A stretch of 64,000 nt of DNA from Nitrospirales bacterium (GCA_965203295.1 CBDBCZ010000017.1:192001-256000); one strand, 5' to 3'. Shown: positions 13,527 through 26,446, counted from the stretch's first letter. Program-made: numbers and translations. The notes: a model not told the origin generated them from the sequence alone.

Positions 13527-14587
13527 TATTTAGTTCACTCACTGACCTGAGACAGCCACGGTTCTGTTGGGCGTTATTTAGAAAAGTGTGCACTAATCTT
13601 GTTAATGCACACTTAAGTGTGCATTAAGCGATTTAATGTGCGGTCATGTGATCGAGTTTGAGACTTCTGATTCGTCGAAGGTCACGTGAATAGCACTAAA
13701 GTGTTATAATACTCTTGTAGTCACGTGCCCAAAGAGTGTATATATAGACTCTTCACCACTATGATGTAAGGGGGGGGGGGGGGGGGGGGGTAAAAGGAGG
13801 CATTAAATGGAGAAAATACACGAAAACGTGCATGTTTTTGTGCTTAAATTCTTAATGTCTTTCGTAGAAATCTTTAACTTCGCTGGAATGTGCAAACTGC
13901 ATGGCTGGATGTGGTGGTCTTATAGTAACAGTAAGGTACATTCAGTTACGTGTGTGTCTTCGAGTTTGTTGCCGTACTGTAATTAGTTTCAGTTCTGTAG
14001 CGGATAGTATTCTTGATATGGAGTTTGTTGCCATACTGTAATTAGTTTCAGTTCTGTAGTGGATAGCTGTAGTGGATAGCATTCATAGATGTCAGAAACC
14101 CGCTTGAGTCGATTCACTTCCTGTTTTCACCATTTCATCATTTCAGTGGTTGTTACCCAGGATTCCGAAACATATTTGTACCACCACAACCTTAGCAACA
14201 CGCACATGTATTTAGTTTCACCTATGATGCTTGTGGACCCCTTCATCCCTTCCTTATCCAGATTTTCTTCTTGTAGCAGTGGAGAAATAATATTGATTTT
14301 CTTCACTGCTTTGAGGTTAATTGATTTCTCTTCGGCTGAAAGATAATTCCCACAGCCGTGAGGAAATCTCATTGGGAAAGGCCTGCTAGCTAGTGCATGT
14401 GTCCCGAGGTTTCTAGTGAGGTCAATAGTATTTGGCAGGGGGGGGGGGTGGTAGAAGGAGGCACTAAATGGAGAAAATACATAAAACTGCACCGGTTTTT
14501 TGCTTTCGGTTTATACATGAAAGCACAGTATGTATGTTTCCGTGTAAATCTTCCATTTAGTGCCTACTTATACCCCATTACATCATA

Positions 14588-15084
14588 CCGTAAAATACGT
14601 ATTATCCGCCCATGATATATTATCCGCCCGTCCCCCTTTTTGAGTCAAAGTTACGTCGGAGGGTATTTATGTACTTAGTATCCGCCCACCCTTAAATACC
14701 ATCCATGCGAGCTAAACATGTAACTAACAACTGAAAATTCCAAGACATCGAGCAGAATTAGACGACAAAACTCGATCTTCAGTGCGCTTTAATTGGAATA
14801 CCAACGGTAAGTCCGTCAGCCACTTCGCTTTTTAGCGGATAATAGTAGTCTGCATGCTTCTATAATAGATAGTTTAATACAATTTGCAGAACTTGTGGTG
14901 CAGTACTTGCCTAGAAAAGCTATACTTACCTTGTATACTCGCTTTGCATACCGCGTGTTTGGAATGCGTTCGAGTGGGCGGATACTACATCGCATTTATA
15001 AAAACTACGTATTATCTGCCCACCCCCCTCTTTCAGCTTGCACTTAAGTGGCCCGCCCATGGGCGGATAATACGTACTTTACGG
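14588..15084. mobile_element. Tc1/mariner-type MITE (CCGTA termini)
   Basis: TA|CCGTAAAATACGTATTATCCGCCCATG ... CATGGGCGGATAATACGTACTTTACGG|TA; related to 29315-29781. Confidence 0.85.
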
Positions 15085-16396
15085 TAATGGTAACTAGATG
15101 GCCTAGTCACAACACCCATGACAACAGAATGGAGATAGCTGTAACTCCCAAATAAAGCCAAAATCCCAGGTCTTCGTGGTCTAGTAGTCACTTTTCTGAT
15201 CTCAAACCCAGCAAATCTCTTTTATCTGCTGGTCTGTACATGTACCACTAAAAGGGTCGTCTTTGTACCTGCATTATGTAATGATGACATCACATGTACC
15301 ACCGTAATGAATCACTTTTAGTTACAGAATAATTCCCTTTCTGAGGAATAGTGTTGCTGAGTTGGCAGAATTTTTGCTGCATCAGCAGTTTGTCAGGAAG
15401 TCAATCTTTCTGAGGAATAGTGTTGCTGAGTTAATTAGCAGAATTTTTGCTGCATCAGCAGTTTGTCAGGAAGTTAACACAAACAATTTTAAGTGTTTTG
15501 CATTTGGCCAGGAAATATAAAATTATCCTGAACACTTTAATTGTATCCTGAGAATTTACCAGCATTATGTAATAATGACATCACATGTACCACCGTAATG
15601 AATCACTTTTAGTTACAGGATAATTCCCTTTCTGAGGAATAGCGTTGCTGAGTTAATTAGCAGAATTTTTGCTGCATCAGCAGTTTGTCAGGAAGTTAAC
15701 ACAAATAATTTTGAGTATTTGGTACTAGCTCAGGGGCTTTTGGCCATGAAATTGAATAATCAGTTAATTGTATCTTGAGAATTTGCTGAATCGGCACTTT
15801 TTAGCAGGAAACTGCATTCACTTGTTGATGCACAAACTGCCATATAGGTCGCATAAGCCCTGAGTGTTGCTAAGTCCCTCATCTACATATTGGGTTTAAT
15901 TTGCTTTGTGTTGTAAACACTGTAGCAGCTAGGCATCCCGGGCTCTCATCCAGCTTTTCGTCACTTGCAATGTGCTTTAATACCGACTGTAGTGCATTTA
16001 CACTAATATTTTCACTGTACTATGTGTTTAACAATATGTGTGTGTGTGTGTGTGTGTAAATGACCAGTGCAACCAACGGTTCAGAGCAAAGTAATGCATA
16101 AGCTGAAGCCGAATGCATTGTTCGTCTCAGACCAGTAGCTGTGTTGCCTGAGTGCACATACTAAGTAGCCTCTTTAATGCACCGTCAATTGGTATCTGAA
16201 TGTTGTTGCTAACCTGAAACGGCCATAGGTCTATTGGGCGTCATTTACAGAGTGTTCATCATCTACTGAATCAATAATCTGCACACTATTATAACACTAC
16301 AAACGAACAGAGGAAAAACCCTTATGTTCTAGTATGTACATAGCTATACCTGTACAACCCACTCCAAACGATTCTGACATGTGTTTTCTCCGCCTG

Positions 16397-16544
<148 letters not shown>

Positions 16545-16545
16545 G

Positions 16546-16767
16546 GTGTCCCCAAGAAAAAAGTTCAAGTGCCCCACGTGCTCATCTGAAGAGTCCCTTT
16601 GGAGCGACCCCCAGCACTATCAAGAACGAGATGAGTGCATCAACATTTTTGAGAAGTTCTTCAAGGGCATGCCGCTACAGACAGTCAAGTTTAGACTGGA
16701 TCCGGTGCTTTACAAGGACTCCATTGAAGAACGCTTCCAGTCTTACCCAAATATGGGAGAACTTTGA
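16546..16767 (+). CDS. EXT2: Exostosin-2-like glycosyltransferase (GT64 domain), last coding exon only
   Basis: AG acceptor at 16544-45, then [12 protein letters not shown]...[18 protein letters not shown]...RLDPVLYKD...[10 protein letters not shown], which closely parallels the EXT2 C-terminus ([12 protein letters not shown]...RADPVLYKD...SFPNIGSL). Upstream exons were not found in the window. Confidence 0.92.
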   Translation: MSPRKKFKCPTCSSEESLWSDPQHYQERDECINIFEKFFKGMPLQTVKFRLDPVLYKDSIEERFQSYPNMGEL

Positions 16768-17683
16768 AACAATTTCGTTAAACTTCACTAGTGACGAAGC
16801 GGCTGTCCTTTAATCTATTACACTGGCTGTAGCTTTGATCCTATATCGACAGAATGTGTTCAGACATTGTATCCAAGCTCCTCTTTCACTCTACTTGTAT
16901 ACATTTCAAATTCAGCATCAGCAACAGCAAGATCACAGGCAGGTACTTACTTTGACTGTTAGCGGAATGTGTTTATTACTTCCTGCATTTGCAATTCCCA
17001 AAATTGAACTATTTTAACCCCATTATACGATGTATTATTTCAGTCGTATAGTATCATCAGTAATACTATTACATTACATGGTGCAACTATTCAAGAAATT
17101 TTATTTTTAAAAAGATGACGTGAACTTACGTTGTCTAGATAACACATAGTGGGCACAAGCATGGGAAACAGGCAATCTGCCATAGCCTTGAAAATCACAT
17201 TTCTTTTAGGCCTTTCAGTGTAACGTATTTTGTGTCCATTTCAGCACACAGTATACTCTTTTACCAAGGGTCAAATAGTGACATATTACCATAATTATAT
17301 AATAAACTTATGTACATTGCATAGTAAGGATATACATGTACATGTGACAACTATGAGGTACATTACCTGTGATGACGTGTATCTAGATATGGGCCCAATT
17401 AAGTATATGTGGCATAGTACAGATGATCAGATGATATGGTACATATAAAGAACAAAATTGATTGCTTTGGTATAAATACATGTGCTGTACATTACATACA
17501 ATTCAAGAGATTTATCAGTAGGTTGGGGTGCATCTTGGAGTCAAAGATGATATGGTACATATATAGAACAAATTGATTGCTTTGGTATAAATACATGTGC
17601 TGTACATGACATATACAATTCGAGAAATTTATCAGTAGGTTGGGGTGCATCTAGGAGTCAAAGAGTGATCATGACAGTTCGAC

Positions 17684-18828
17684 CTATTTTCTGTGAGCCT
17701 CAGAGATTTTCTTCTGCTGTTTCTGCTGATACTCCCGGAAATCTCTCAGAAGCAGTTCCTCCTGCATGATTGTAGACATGCACACATCCATGAGACAGCA
17801 GCAAAACATAGCATACACGTCAGCTATAGTGCTATGCATGTGTGCAATAATTTAGTATGTGCAGTGAGCACACTGCATAATGCTGTTGACATGTACGAGA
17901 TCAATAACTTTAAACTGGCAGACATACGAATATATCGTGCACTGCTAAATATAGAACCTTCATGTATAGAGTAAATTATGATCTGTGCAGTGTCATACAA
18001 GCTATGAATTTCAAGGAATCTGGATAATTGGTGTACGTAAAACAGTGCATGGATCATGCTTACGTATGCAGGTATTATTGTAAACACACTGCAGCACTAG
18101 TAGCACTGTGAGACTCAGTGCAATCAATAGGTATTAAGTGATACTTTAGCGAATGTGTGCTTGCATGGACTGGCACTATATGCGTGATTGTACGTACTAC
18201 TTACCAGTGAGCTATTTCCTCTGTCTGGATAGCACAGGTCAACCAGCTCCATGAACACTCTTGCAAAAAACCGTAGAAACCGCCTCTTCAACAGTTCTAC
18301 ATCACTGAGTTCATACTGGTAGATGTTCCTAAAGCTACGAAGGTGTAGGGTGACAAGCTCAGTGCTAGCGAGGCTACCATCGCTAACATGGGCCACTGTG
18401 GAGCTCACATCGTACAAGCGGGATATATCACCCTGTTCCAGAGTAGTCAGATCGCCCCTCATAGTTGGACTCAAGCCAGCAGGTACCAAACCGTTTGGCA
18501 CACACCCACTTGCGTCCACAGACGCCTCCACGTCTAAGGCAGCCCGGAGTAGTTGGTTATCGGCGGGATCCACGCTACTTTCCACGCACGCCCCACGACC
18601 GCTCGCTTTGCCAGTGTTCTCCTTGGACTTGTCCGACTTGCTCAACTTGTCCATTCCCAACCCTTTCGCGGAGAAAGTTGACGAGGCAGAATCTGGGCCG
18701 ACTTTCATGCTCACAAACGCGGTAATAAAAGCCTCGCAGCTCCCCTGAAATTGTAGATACTGTTCTTCTTCGCCCTCGTAGTACAGCATCGTAGATTTCG
18801 CTTCTTCTAACAACTGAGGATAAGCCAT
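17684..18828 (-). CDS. Two-exon ~233-aa protein, possibly a divergent Bcl-2-fold/Bid-like protein
   Basis: Exons 18828-18205 (donor CTG|gtaagt, phase 0) and 17761-17684 (catgcag|GAG...EAHRK*). N-terminal helix, low-complexity loop, BH3-like VSSTVAHVSDGSL, then amphipathic helices (RRFLRFFARVFMEL). The family assignment is inference. Confidence 0.7.
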
Positions 18829-19148
18829 TTTTTCGGCCTTTTATATACGACAGGAGTCACATGCAGTCACAGGACACAAACTGCTAACTCGCGATGGGAC
18901 AACCCCCGGGTAAGCACCCAAAAAGAGGCGTGCCCCTATAAAAGCTGAACTTTGCCCCGTGCGTTTTAGTATTTTATTTTTTCGGCGGGAGTTGCAAGAA
19001 TCGTTCTCGAGTAGATTATTTTGTACGATTTTAGATCTGCGTCTGCTCTGTAAACTATATTACATAGCTGTAGGTCTAAGCCTACAGATGTAACATCTGT
19101 CCGAAATCGACCGTGAAACGCAGCATAAAAGTCTTCTGCTCGAGACCG

Positions 19149-19568
19149 ATGGTCAGTTCAATTGGCAGTTTATTAACAATCGCAGAAGAAATGGAAGCAA
19201 TCGCATACCCCGATCCCACCCTAGAGTGGGAGATTGAGCAGCCCGCCATATTCCCAACAGACATTACAGAGAGTGACCTTAAAACCCGGCTCATTGCCGA
19301 ACGGCTGAAATGTATCGGAGACAAACTGCAGCAACAGTACAGCGAAGAATACCTCAGCAACATCATAACCCCGTTCGCATTTGGATCTTTCCAAATTGGT
19401 GTCAGAAGCATCATCATCTCTGCACTGAACGCCCTCCGCGGTTCCTTGCCTGTGAGCGTGCAACGGCAAGTCAGACGAGTATGTAACCACGCCTACCACC
19501 TAATCGAGACGCTGGCGCTAGAGGGAGCCAAACTCTTCGAGGCTTTGAGCCTAGATACCTTTGTCTAG
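19149..19568 (+). CDS. BH3-only-like protein (~139 aa), paralog of the neighbouring Bcl-2-family gene
   Basis: First in-frame ATG at 19149; BH3 motif LIAERLKCIGDKLQ; no NWGR or WxxxxGGW motif; TATA-like tataaaag at ~18937. The start could be extended by an upstream exon (acceptor cctacag at 19087). Confidence 0.8.
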   Translation: MVSSIGSLLTIAEEMEAIAYPDPTLEWEIEQPAIFPTDITESDLKTRLIAERLKCIGDKLQQQYSEEYLSNIITPFAFGSFQIGVRSIIISALNALRGSLPVSVQRQVRRVCNHAYHLIETLALEGAKLFEALSLDTFV

Positions 19569-20921
19569 GCCTTGAGTGAGTGATCATGACTTAGACAGTC
19601 ATGCAGAAGCACTGACTCTTCAACAGTATATCCATGATGCACTGTTGCGGCAGTTGACGTGACGTTAGTCTCTGTTGGCATCTGAATTGTGACACCGAAG
19701 AAGCTATAATTAATGGCTACCACCATGCACACATCAGTCTGAGTATAACGTTATCATATACTCTAATATAGAGAGCTAATGCCTTAATATCTCTTTGCTG
19801 TGTATATACATCATTGCCTGTACATGTATGTAATGTACTCAAAAATTCTATTGTCAGTATATTTTATGTATAAATATTCAAGAATTGAGATCAGAATTTA
19901 AGTACAGTTCTTTTCAGATGTTTTGGGCAAAACAGTTGGCGACATGTATAAAATCCACTGCCACATCTAGGTTTGCAAGTCCTTTGCTGTGATTAGCTAT
20001 GGGGGTGAATAATGCTCAAGTACGTAGCTACCTGCTGGAAGGGGAGGGAATTAACTGCTTCTACAATCATATTACACATCTTTATTGATATTTACAGTAT
20101 TCACAAGCTTATATGTGTATGCGTGTCACAAAAATTAATCATTCATATAGTCTATACATTCTCCTGTAGCTACTATAACTGTGTAGGAATATAATTATGC
20201 TGCAAGCTACATGACATGCACTCATTGATAAAAGCATGCACTCTGCTAAATCAGTTAAAGTGACATGCATGCCCAATATAATTATACTGTAAATAAACAT
20301 AATACCCAAGCCAGCTATATTACTCTTACATGAGACCCTTCTCATGCACAACAGTGGGCTTCCCACTATAGCCTGCATATACATAATTGTAGGTGCTTGT
20401 TCGTATGTAACGACATGCAGCTAATTTATAACATTGCTGGTTGCTTGTGGAAACGCTGTGACTTCAGTAACTAAAAAGCCCCCATAGCTGAGACTACTAT
20501 ATAGTCACATGCATGGCCACAAGTTCATGGACATACGATGTGTCGTATTAGCATATGTACAAGAGTGCACAATAATACAGCAAAAAAAACTCATAAAATG
20601 CTTTGCAAGGAAAATTGACAGGAAATCTGGCATCCCAGGTGCAAGGTAGTATAGACTAGGGCAGAATTTCATGAATTTAAAGATTTTGCCTACATGTATC
20701 CTATACATGTACTACCCTGTACCTGAAATGCCAGATTTCCTGTCACATTTCCTTGTAACGCATTTCAGGAAATGACACTTTATTCACTGTGTTCCCAATT
20801 TTACAACTGAGTAGCTAACTTTCATTGTAGTAGGGCATCAGGCAGGCTATTAGCTATCAGCAGGAAAAAAGGTTATGTGGCCTTACCGTCACGGTTCCAT
20901 GTAACAAGCCTACCATGCTCA

Positions 20922-21025
20922 TGACGTCACCTGCAATTATAGCACATAGGGGGTTCCCCTCGATTATGCCTGCCCAGTCTAGTCAAGTACATGTATTCCT
21001 GTGTATAAGAGGTAGTTTCGGTTTG
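20922..21025 (+). promoter_or_regulatory. Putative promoter of the Bcl-2-like gene: CRE, kappaB site, TATA-like, ISRE-like
   Basis: TGACGTCA at 20922-29; GGGGGTTCCCC at 20949-59 (fits GGGRNWYYCC); TATAAG at 21004; AGTTTCGGTTTG at 21014-25; all within 130 bp of the ATG. Confidence 0.45.
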
Positions 21026-21047
21026 AATTAACGCTAGGCCTGTTAGT

Positions 21048-24000
21048 ATGGAGTGTAGCAACGATCAAAGTTCAACGGAAGGGAGTAAATGTTCAGGAAA
21101 TGGATTAACCTTCGTCTCTACCGCCTGCAAGCCAAAGCACAAAAACAGATTAAGGAGACATCGCTCTATGGAAGACATACCCGCCGACCTCAAGTCCACA
21201 CAGCACTCTACTATTTCGATTTTCTTGGAATACGCCAGGAACAAAAGTCTGCCAAGAGTTGATGATGCAAATGAAGACACTCTCGAGCCCATGTCGATAG
21301 AACCGCGAAGAAGGAACCGAGGTATCAGGAGACAGCAGAGTGAGCCACACGGCCGCGGAGAGCCACAAGTTCGAGTCGTGGTAGAGACTGACACTCTCAG
21401 AGAAACCGCCGCCAGCGAACTCGCTGAGATGGATCCAGAAGACGGCGAGCAGCTACCCCGCGACACTACTGCCAAACCCAGACCTTCCACTCTGTTGCTT
21501 AGTGCTTCCGTAGCAGGAGCCAGCGGGGCCTCCGACAAAGTAAAGCCCTCCTCACCGAAGCACAAAAGAGTGCCTTCAAACTGCGAGTCCACAACGACGC
21601 CCGTACCCGACCCGCCCCTTTTTTCGCCGGCCAGTTTGAGCGCCCTGGAAGCCACTTACCCTCCGGCGAGAGACAACTTCAACCGCTCTCGGAGCAGTTC
21701 GTCCCCCTTACCGTTACCGTACGGCTGGCAGAGGCACCAAGTAGCTCTGGGTGCGAGTTCCGGGCAGCTAGAGGTAAGCACTGAAAGTTAATTACGGAGG
21801 ACGTTTATACATATAGCTACTTGGTAGCATGCTTAATATGCAGCCGGCGAGAAGTAGATAATAATACGCCCGTACGTTTGCTGCAGAACTTGAGATGTTA
21901 CTAATATTGTTTACGTTGTCAGTTTGTGGCAAAACAAGGGCACAGCATGCTTCCATGTGCTTTTGCATGCTAGTTTTTGTATACTTCATCAGTTTTTAGC
22001 ACAACCCATGAAGTGAGAATTTATTAACAGCAAACAGCATTTCAATGCTGCTACAATTTAATGGTGAACAACTGCCAACTCATGTTAGCATATAGCCATT
22101 GGCCTAATTAATTTAACATTCATGCAGTTGCATTTTAGGGATTAATCTTTAACTATAATTGCTCTGTAATTGAAGTATTATGAATATTGTGTTTTTATTA
22201 TGTTTTTATTATGTATATAGCTACCGGGAATGGATCCACAGAACGCTCGGATTATTGCAGAGAGATTGAAGATTATTGGAGACAAACTTGAGCAAGAGCA
22301 TGGCGAGGAACGCTTGAGCAGCCTTGTGAACTCCTTTGTATCATTCGGTGTCGACCAACCGATCACTATCACCCGATTTTTGAGACTTCTGCGCAATCTC
22401 AGGAGCCGCCTCAACTGGAAGAAAGTGAGTGAGGTGTTTGTCGTGGGATACCGGCTGCTGGAGATTATGACACAGGCGACAACGAAACCGTTTGAGGACG
22501 AGCGGTGGTGGCTGTTTGAGAGACTGTGGGACTTTATGGTGAACACGGTGGCGAGATGGGTGATGGAGAATGGAGGATGGGTAAGGCAAGTTTTATATGC
22601 ATTCTTGATGATCAAAATCTTAGATGTTGAAGAGTATAATATACTCAAGTTTGGCAGGGTTAAAATTTACATTTGTGACTGTTATACAGTTGGACAGATA
22701 TGCTCCTATCTTACTAATGTGAGTACATGAACATAGACTGTATGTGGGTTACAGAGTATTTAATTAGCTGTCCAGGATCAAGGTAATAGTTGATATAATT
22801 GTGCACCCTTACATGTGCCTCCTGGAGTCCTGGTCCATTGACTATGGTGTAAACAGCATAATTTTATTAGCCTATAAGTACTACTCCACTTAGACAAAAA
22901 GCTTGTCATATGTGCAGTCATAACACGTTGCCGAAAACAAAACAAAAGCAATAACAGTGATTGCAAAGTTGTCATGACAGCACATAGATCAAAGCTACAA
23001 CATCATCTCCTTTGATGTGCTTTATCGGATTAGCAGAACAGCTACATGTGTGCCCGTGTTTCCTGTAACGCATTCTTGTAAACATGATTATACTGTTGTA
23101 GATACCCACTCAATTTTTATAAAAATTCTTATAACCTGAAGTGTGTAGGTGTGTGTATATAGTAACCATACTGGGAGTAGCTGACTGTGCGACAATTTGT
23201 CCACTCACAGTGCCTGTAAATATTGGCTGGCTTCTTATGTACAAATTTGGCGACAGTGTTTGCACTCAGGCAATGTGACATCACTAATTATCCCATAAAC
23301 AAAGAAATACTACACGTAGTACTCAGTTGACCAAGTGTCTTGTGCAAATATGACAAAGTGTATTATACTGACATGTGGCATTATAATAATTCAGTGTATA
23401 TACACATATCGTTTGTTCCACAGGGAGCATTTCTACTGGCAACAGACCATTTTGAATCTGAGCCGGCCAGCCACCACGTTGAAAGATCTCCCAACAGTCC
23501 CGCAATAGCTGCAACCTCAAGGACCCGTCTCTGGAGCCTCTCGGAAAGTGGGAGCATCGTGGACGAGGATGGAATATCGCTTTCGGAGACCATTACGGCT
23601 AACAACGAGGGCAGCGGGGTGTGTGAGGCTTCCGCTTCTGGAGAACTCTTGGCCAGTCCCCCCGGTAGCACCTTGTCTTTGGAACACGACAGCGGTATCG
23701 TCTCCTCCATGGAACACTTATCTCTCGACACGCAGGACACGGAAGGACACTTTGCATCAAACTCCTGTACCAGCGTCGTCAGCGAGTCTCAAGGTTCAGA
23801 GGCCCAGGGACTGCAGGCGGAGGGTGACCCGTTAATGGGTGCGGGAACAGCCACCTCACCTACTGATGAGTCTGACAGTGAGCCTCAGCTGTTTGATCGC
23901 AATCGGACTCGGAGTCTTCCCATTAGGGGCAGGAGTGCTAGACCCAAAATGCCGCGGAGGGCTTCGGAAAGAGCACTTGATGGTCTGCTCTATACCGTCA

Positions 24001-24059
24001 ATATCGGAGTCAGTGCTGCATTCGTGTATGCAGTAGTGAGTTCCCTGCTGAACAAATGA
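21048..24059 (+). CDS. Bcl-2 family protein, ~573 aa, 3 exons, Bcl-rambo (BCL2L13)-like architecture
   Basis: Exons 21048-21773, 22221-22580 and 23424-24059 (GT-AG, all phase 0). BH3 IAERLKIIGDKLE; BH1-like LNWKKVSEVF; BH2 WVMENGGW|GAF with the intron after GGW as is typical of the family; Ser/acidic insert; C-terminal TM LLYTVNIGVSAAFVYAVVSSLLNK. Confidence 0.9.
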
Positions 24060-24984
24060 ATGTATATATCGTCGGCCACTATACCCTGTGTATATGGAAC
24101 TGTTGTATATGACTGTCTGTTGTCTATGTGTGTGATTCGTACATTTTCTTCGAAGTGAATGCTGCATTCGTTTATGCAGTAGTGAGTTATCTGTCGAACG
24201 GATATCATCGGACAATATACCTGTGCATGTGTTGTCTTAATTGCTACATGTCTCTGTTGTCTGTGTGTGTGATTCATATGATTTAATCATTCTTTCTGAA
24301 TTCTTGACATAACTGTTTATTGGACCACCTTAATGTTTATACTCAGAACAGCTATTCATTATGATCACCAAGCCATCATAATTATTTATCACCAATGCAC
24401 ACGACTGCCTTAATTTACAGGTTTTATTTCAACTACTGTATTTATTGCGACTGTATACAGTGACAATCACTATCATTGTATGCCATTATTATTATTATAC
24501 GTACGTCCTGCTTGTCTTCTGTGTTGTGTCTGTATAATAATGCCCTGTCATGGTTGTTGCCACAACAAGCAAATGTACTTGTTTAGTGTATAATACATAA
24601 AAAATGGTAGCGGCTAGCCTCATTCCCAGGCCTCCGCCCCAGCTTTTGCTGCTTGCGAAAGCTGTGGAGTGGAGGCCAGGAAGGTGACTAGTAAACAGCT
24701 TAGAAGCATAGCGGGTTAACTCAAAGGCCGAAATAAATATTAATATTTGCACAATCAATGCAAGTACGTATATAAAAAAAGCCATGATATATTATTTGCA
24801 TGAGAATTATATACTCATCTGCTTTTGAGCTTTTAGTAGTCTTAGAGGACATACATGGAGAGATTTAACACAGTTACAAATTTCTGACTTCATACGTATA
24901 TAAATTCCTATTATATACAATCATGTATATAGGTGTAATCGAATAATCATGCCAGTGTAAAGCCACATGCATAGCATTACAGTA

Positions 24985-25447
24985 TAAAGAACCTCAGTAG
25001 GTGTCCGACCTCTACCATGCTAGTGTAATGTTACAGTACTGGCTAAGCCGCATGCATATAATGAACCTCAGTAGGTGTCCGACCTCTACCATGCTAGTGT
25101 AATGTTACAGTACTGGCTAAGCCACATGCATATAATGAACCTCAGTAGGTGTCCGACCTCTACCATGCTAGTGTAATGTTACAGTACTGGCAAAGCCACA
25201 TGCATAGTAGTACAGTATAATGAACCTCAGTAGGTGTCCGACCTCTACCATGCTAGTGTAATGTTACAGTATTTGTAAGCCACATGCATAGCAGTACAGT
25301 ATAATGAACCTCAGTAGGTGTCCGACCTCTACCACGCTATATAGTGTAATGTTACAGTACTGGCAAAGCCACATACATAGCAGTACAGTATAATGAACCT
25401 CAGTAGGTGTCCGACCTCTACCGTGCTATAGTGTAATGTTACAGTAC
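24985..25447. repeat. ~74-88-bp tandem repeat, ~6 copies
   Basis: Unit aatgaacctcagtaggtgtccgacctctaccatgctagtgtaatgttacagtactgg... Confidence 0.9.
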
Positions 25448-26446
25448 TTGTCATTACAGAAAACTGGGCTTCAGTGAAACTGTGCATGAATAGAAAGTCC
25501 AAAATTTCAGCGTCGACGTCATGCAAGTAGCAACTGTTCATTTATCCAATTGCCTCAGTAGTAAGCATTGTACTAAGCAGCAATAACGATATTAATGTTT
25601 GCTATGCAAGATTGCAGTAATACTAGTACTGGCACTTGAAGGTGTATAGCCTTTGATATACACATGCAGAATAATCATTGGCCAGTAGATCCACTGCAGT
25701 ATTGAATATGACTTTAGTTGTTAACCAAAAGTGAACCAACCAATCAACTATTTGTTACCAAAAGTGGACCCCCCTGTCCAATTCTGGCTACCAAATGCGG
25801 ATCATCACTAACTTAGTGGGAAACACAAGTGGATGGACTAGTCCAATTTTTCCTTGTTTTTAGGTTTTTTCAGTGGAAGTGACTCAGTATTGTTAAAGTA
25901 GTTAGGACTTTGAGGGAATAATCATCGTGACCAAAAGTTTTCCAAATTCAAACTGGATAGGGAATTCACTAGGTCTTCTGGCACCTCCTGCCGGTGCTCA
26001 CAGGGGCAGTTGCTCCCATCCCCAAAGCACTGGTGACATAGCACTTTCACCAGCCCCCTCAGTTCCCAAACACAACGGGGCCCTTCATCCAGAGCAGCTT
26101 CCCACAGCTTCTCCCAACCAATGCACTTTGCCACTTCCGCAACTGCATGATGTGCGCCTTCATCTCGCGTGCGCATGCGCCATAGGTGACGTAATTACCA
26201 TTAACCCGCGCGCAGGCCTACTTTTCGTACCCCGTATCCGGAACGGATTCCGGCCTCCCCCGTGAGAGGCGCCCATCAGTGCGTGGGAACAGAAACTGAA
26301 ATTCTCTCACCGAAGACTCTGGAAGCAGCCATTGTAGCGTGCTGGCTATTATAGCGATCGTGCTGGATCCCGGCAGGGCCAGGGATAGCTAATACTCGGC
26401 AGTTCCTTTACTGATTCGGAACTTCAAACTGCAGCCTGGCGCCGCC

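Noticed and set aside
18323..18748. Antisense ORFs over real exons (also 21065-21655, 23381-23740 and many within gag-pol)
   Set aside because: Shadow ORFs of the coding strand.
25922..26265. ORFs upstream of paralog A
   Set aside because: No recognisable domain or consistent splice structure; overlaps the CpG-rich promoter.
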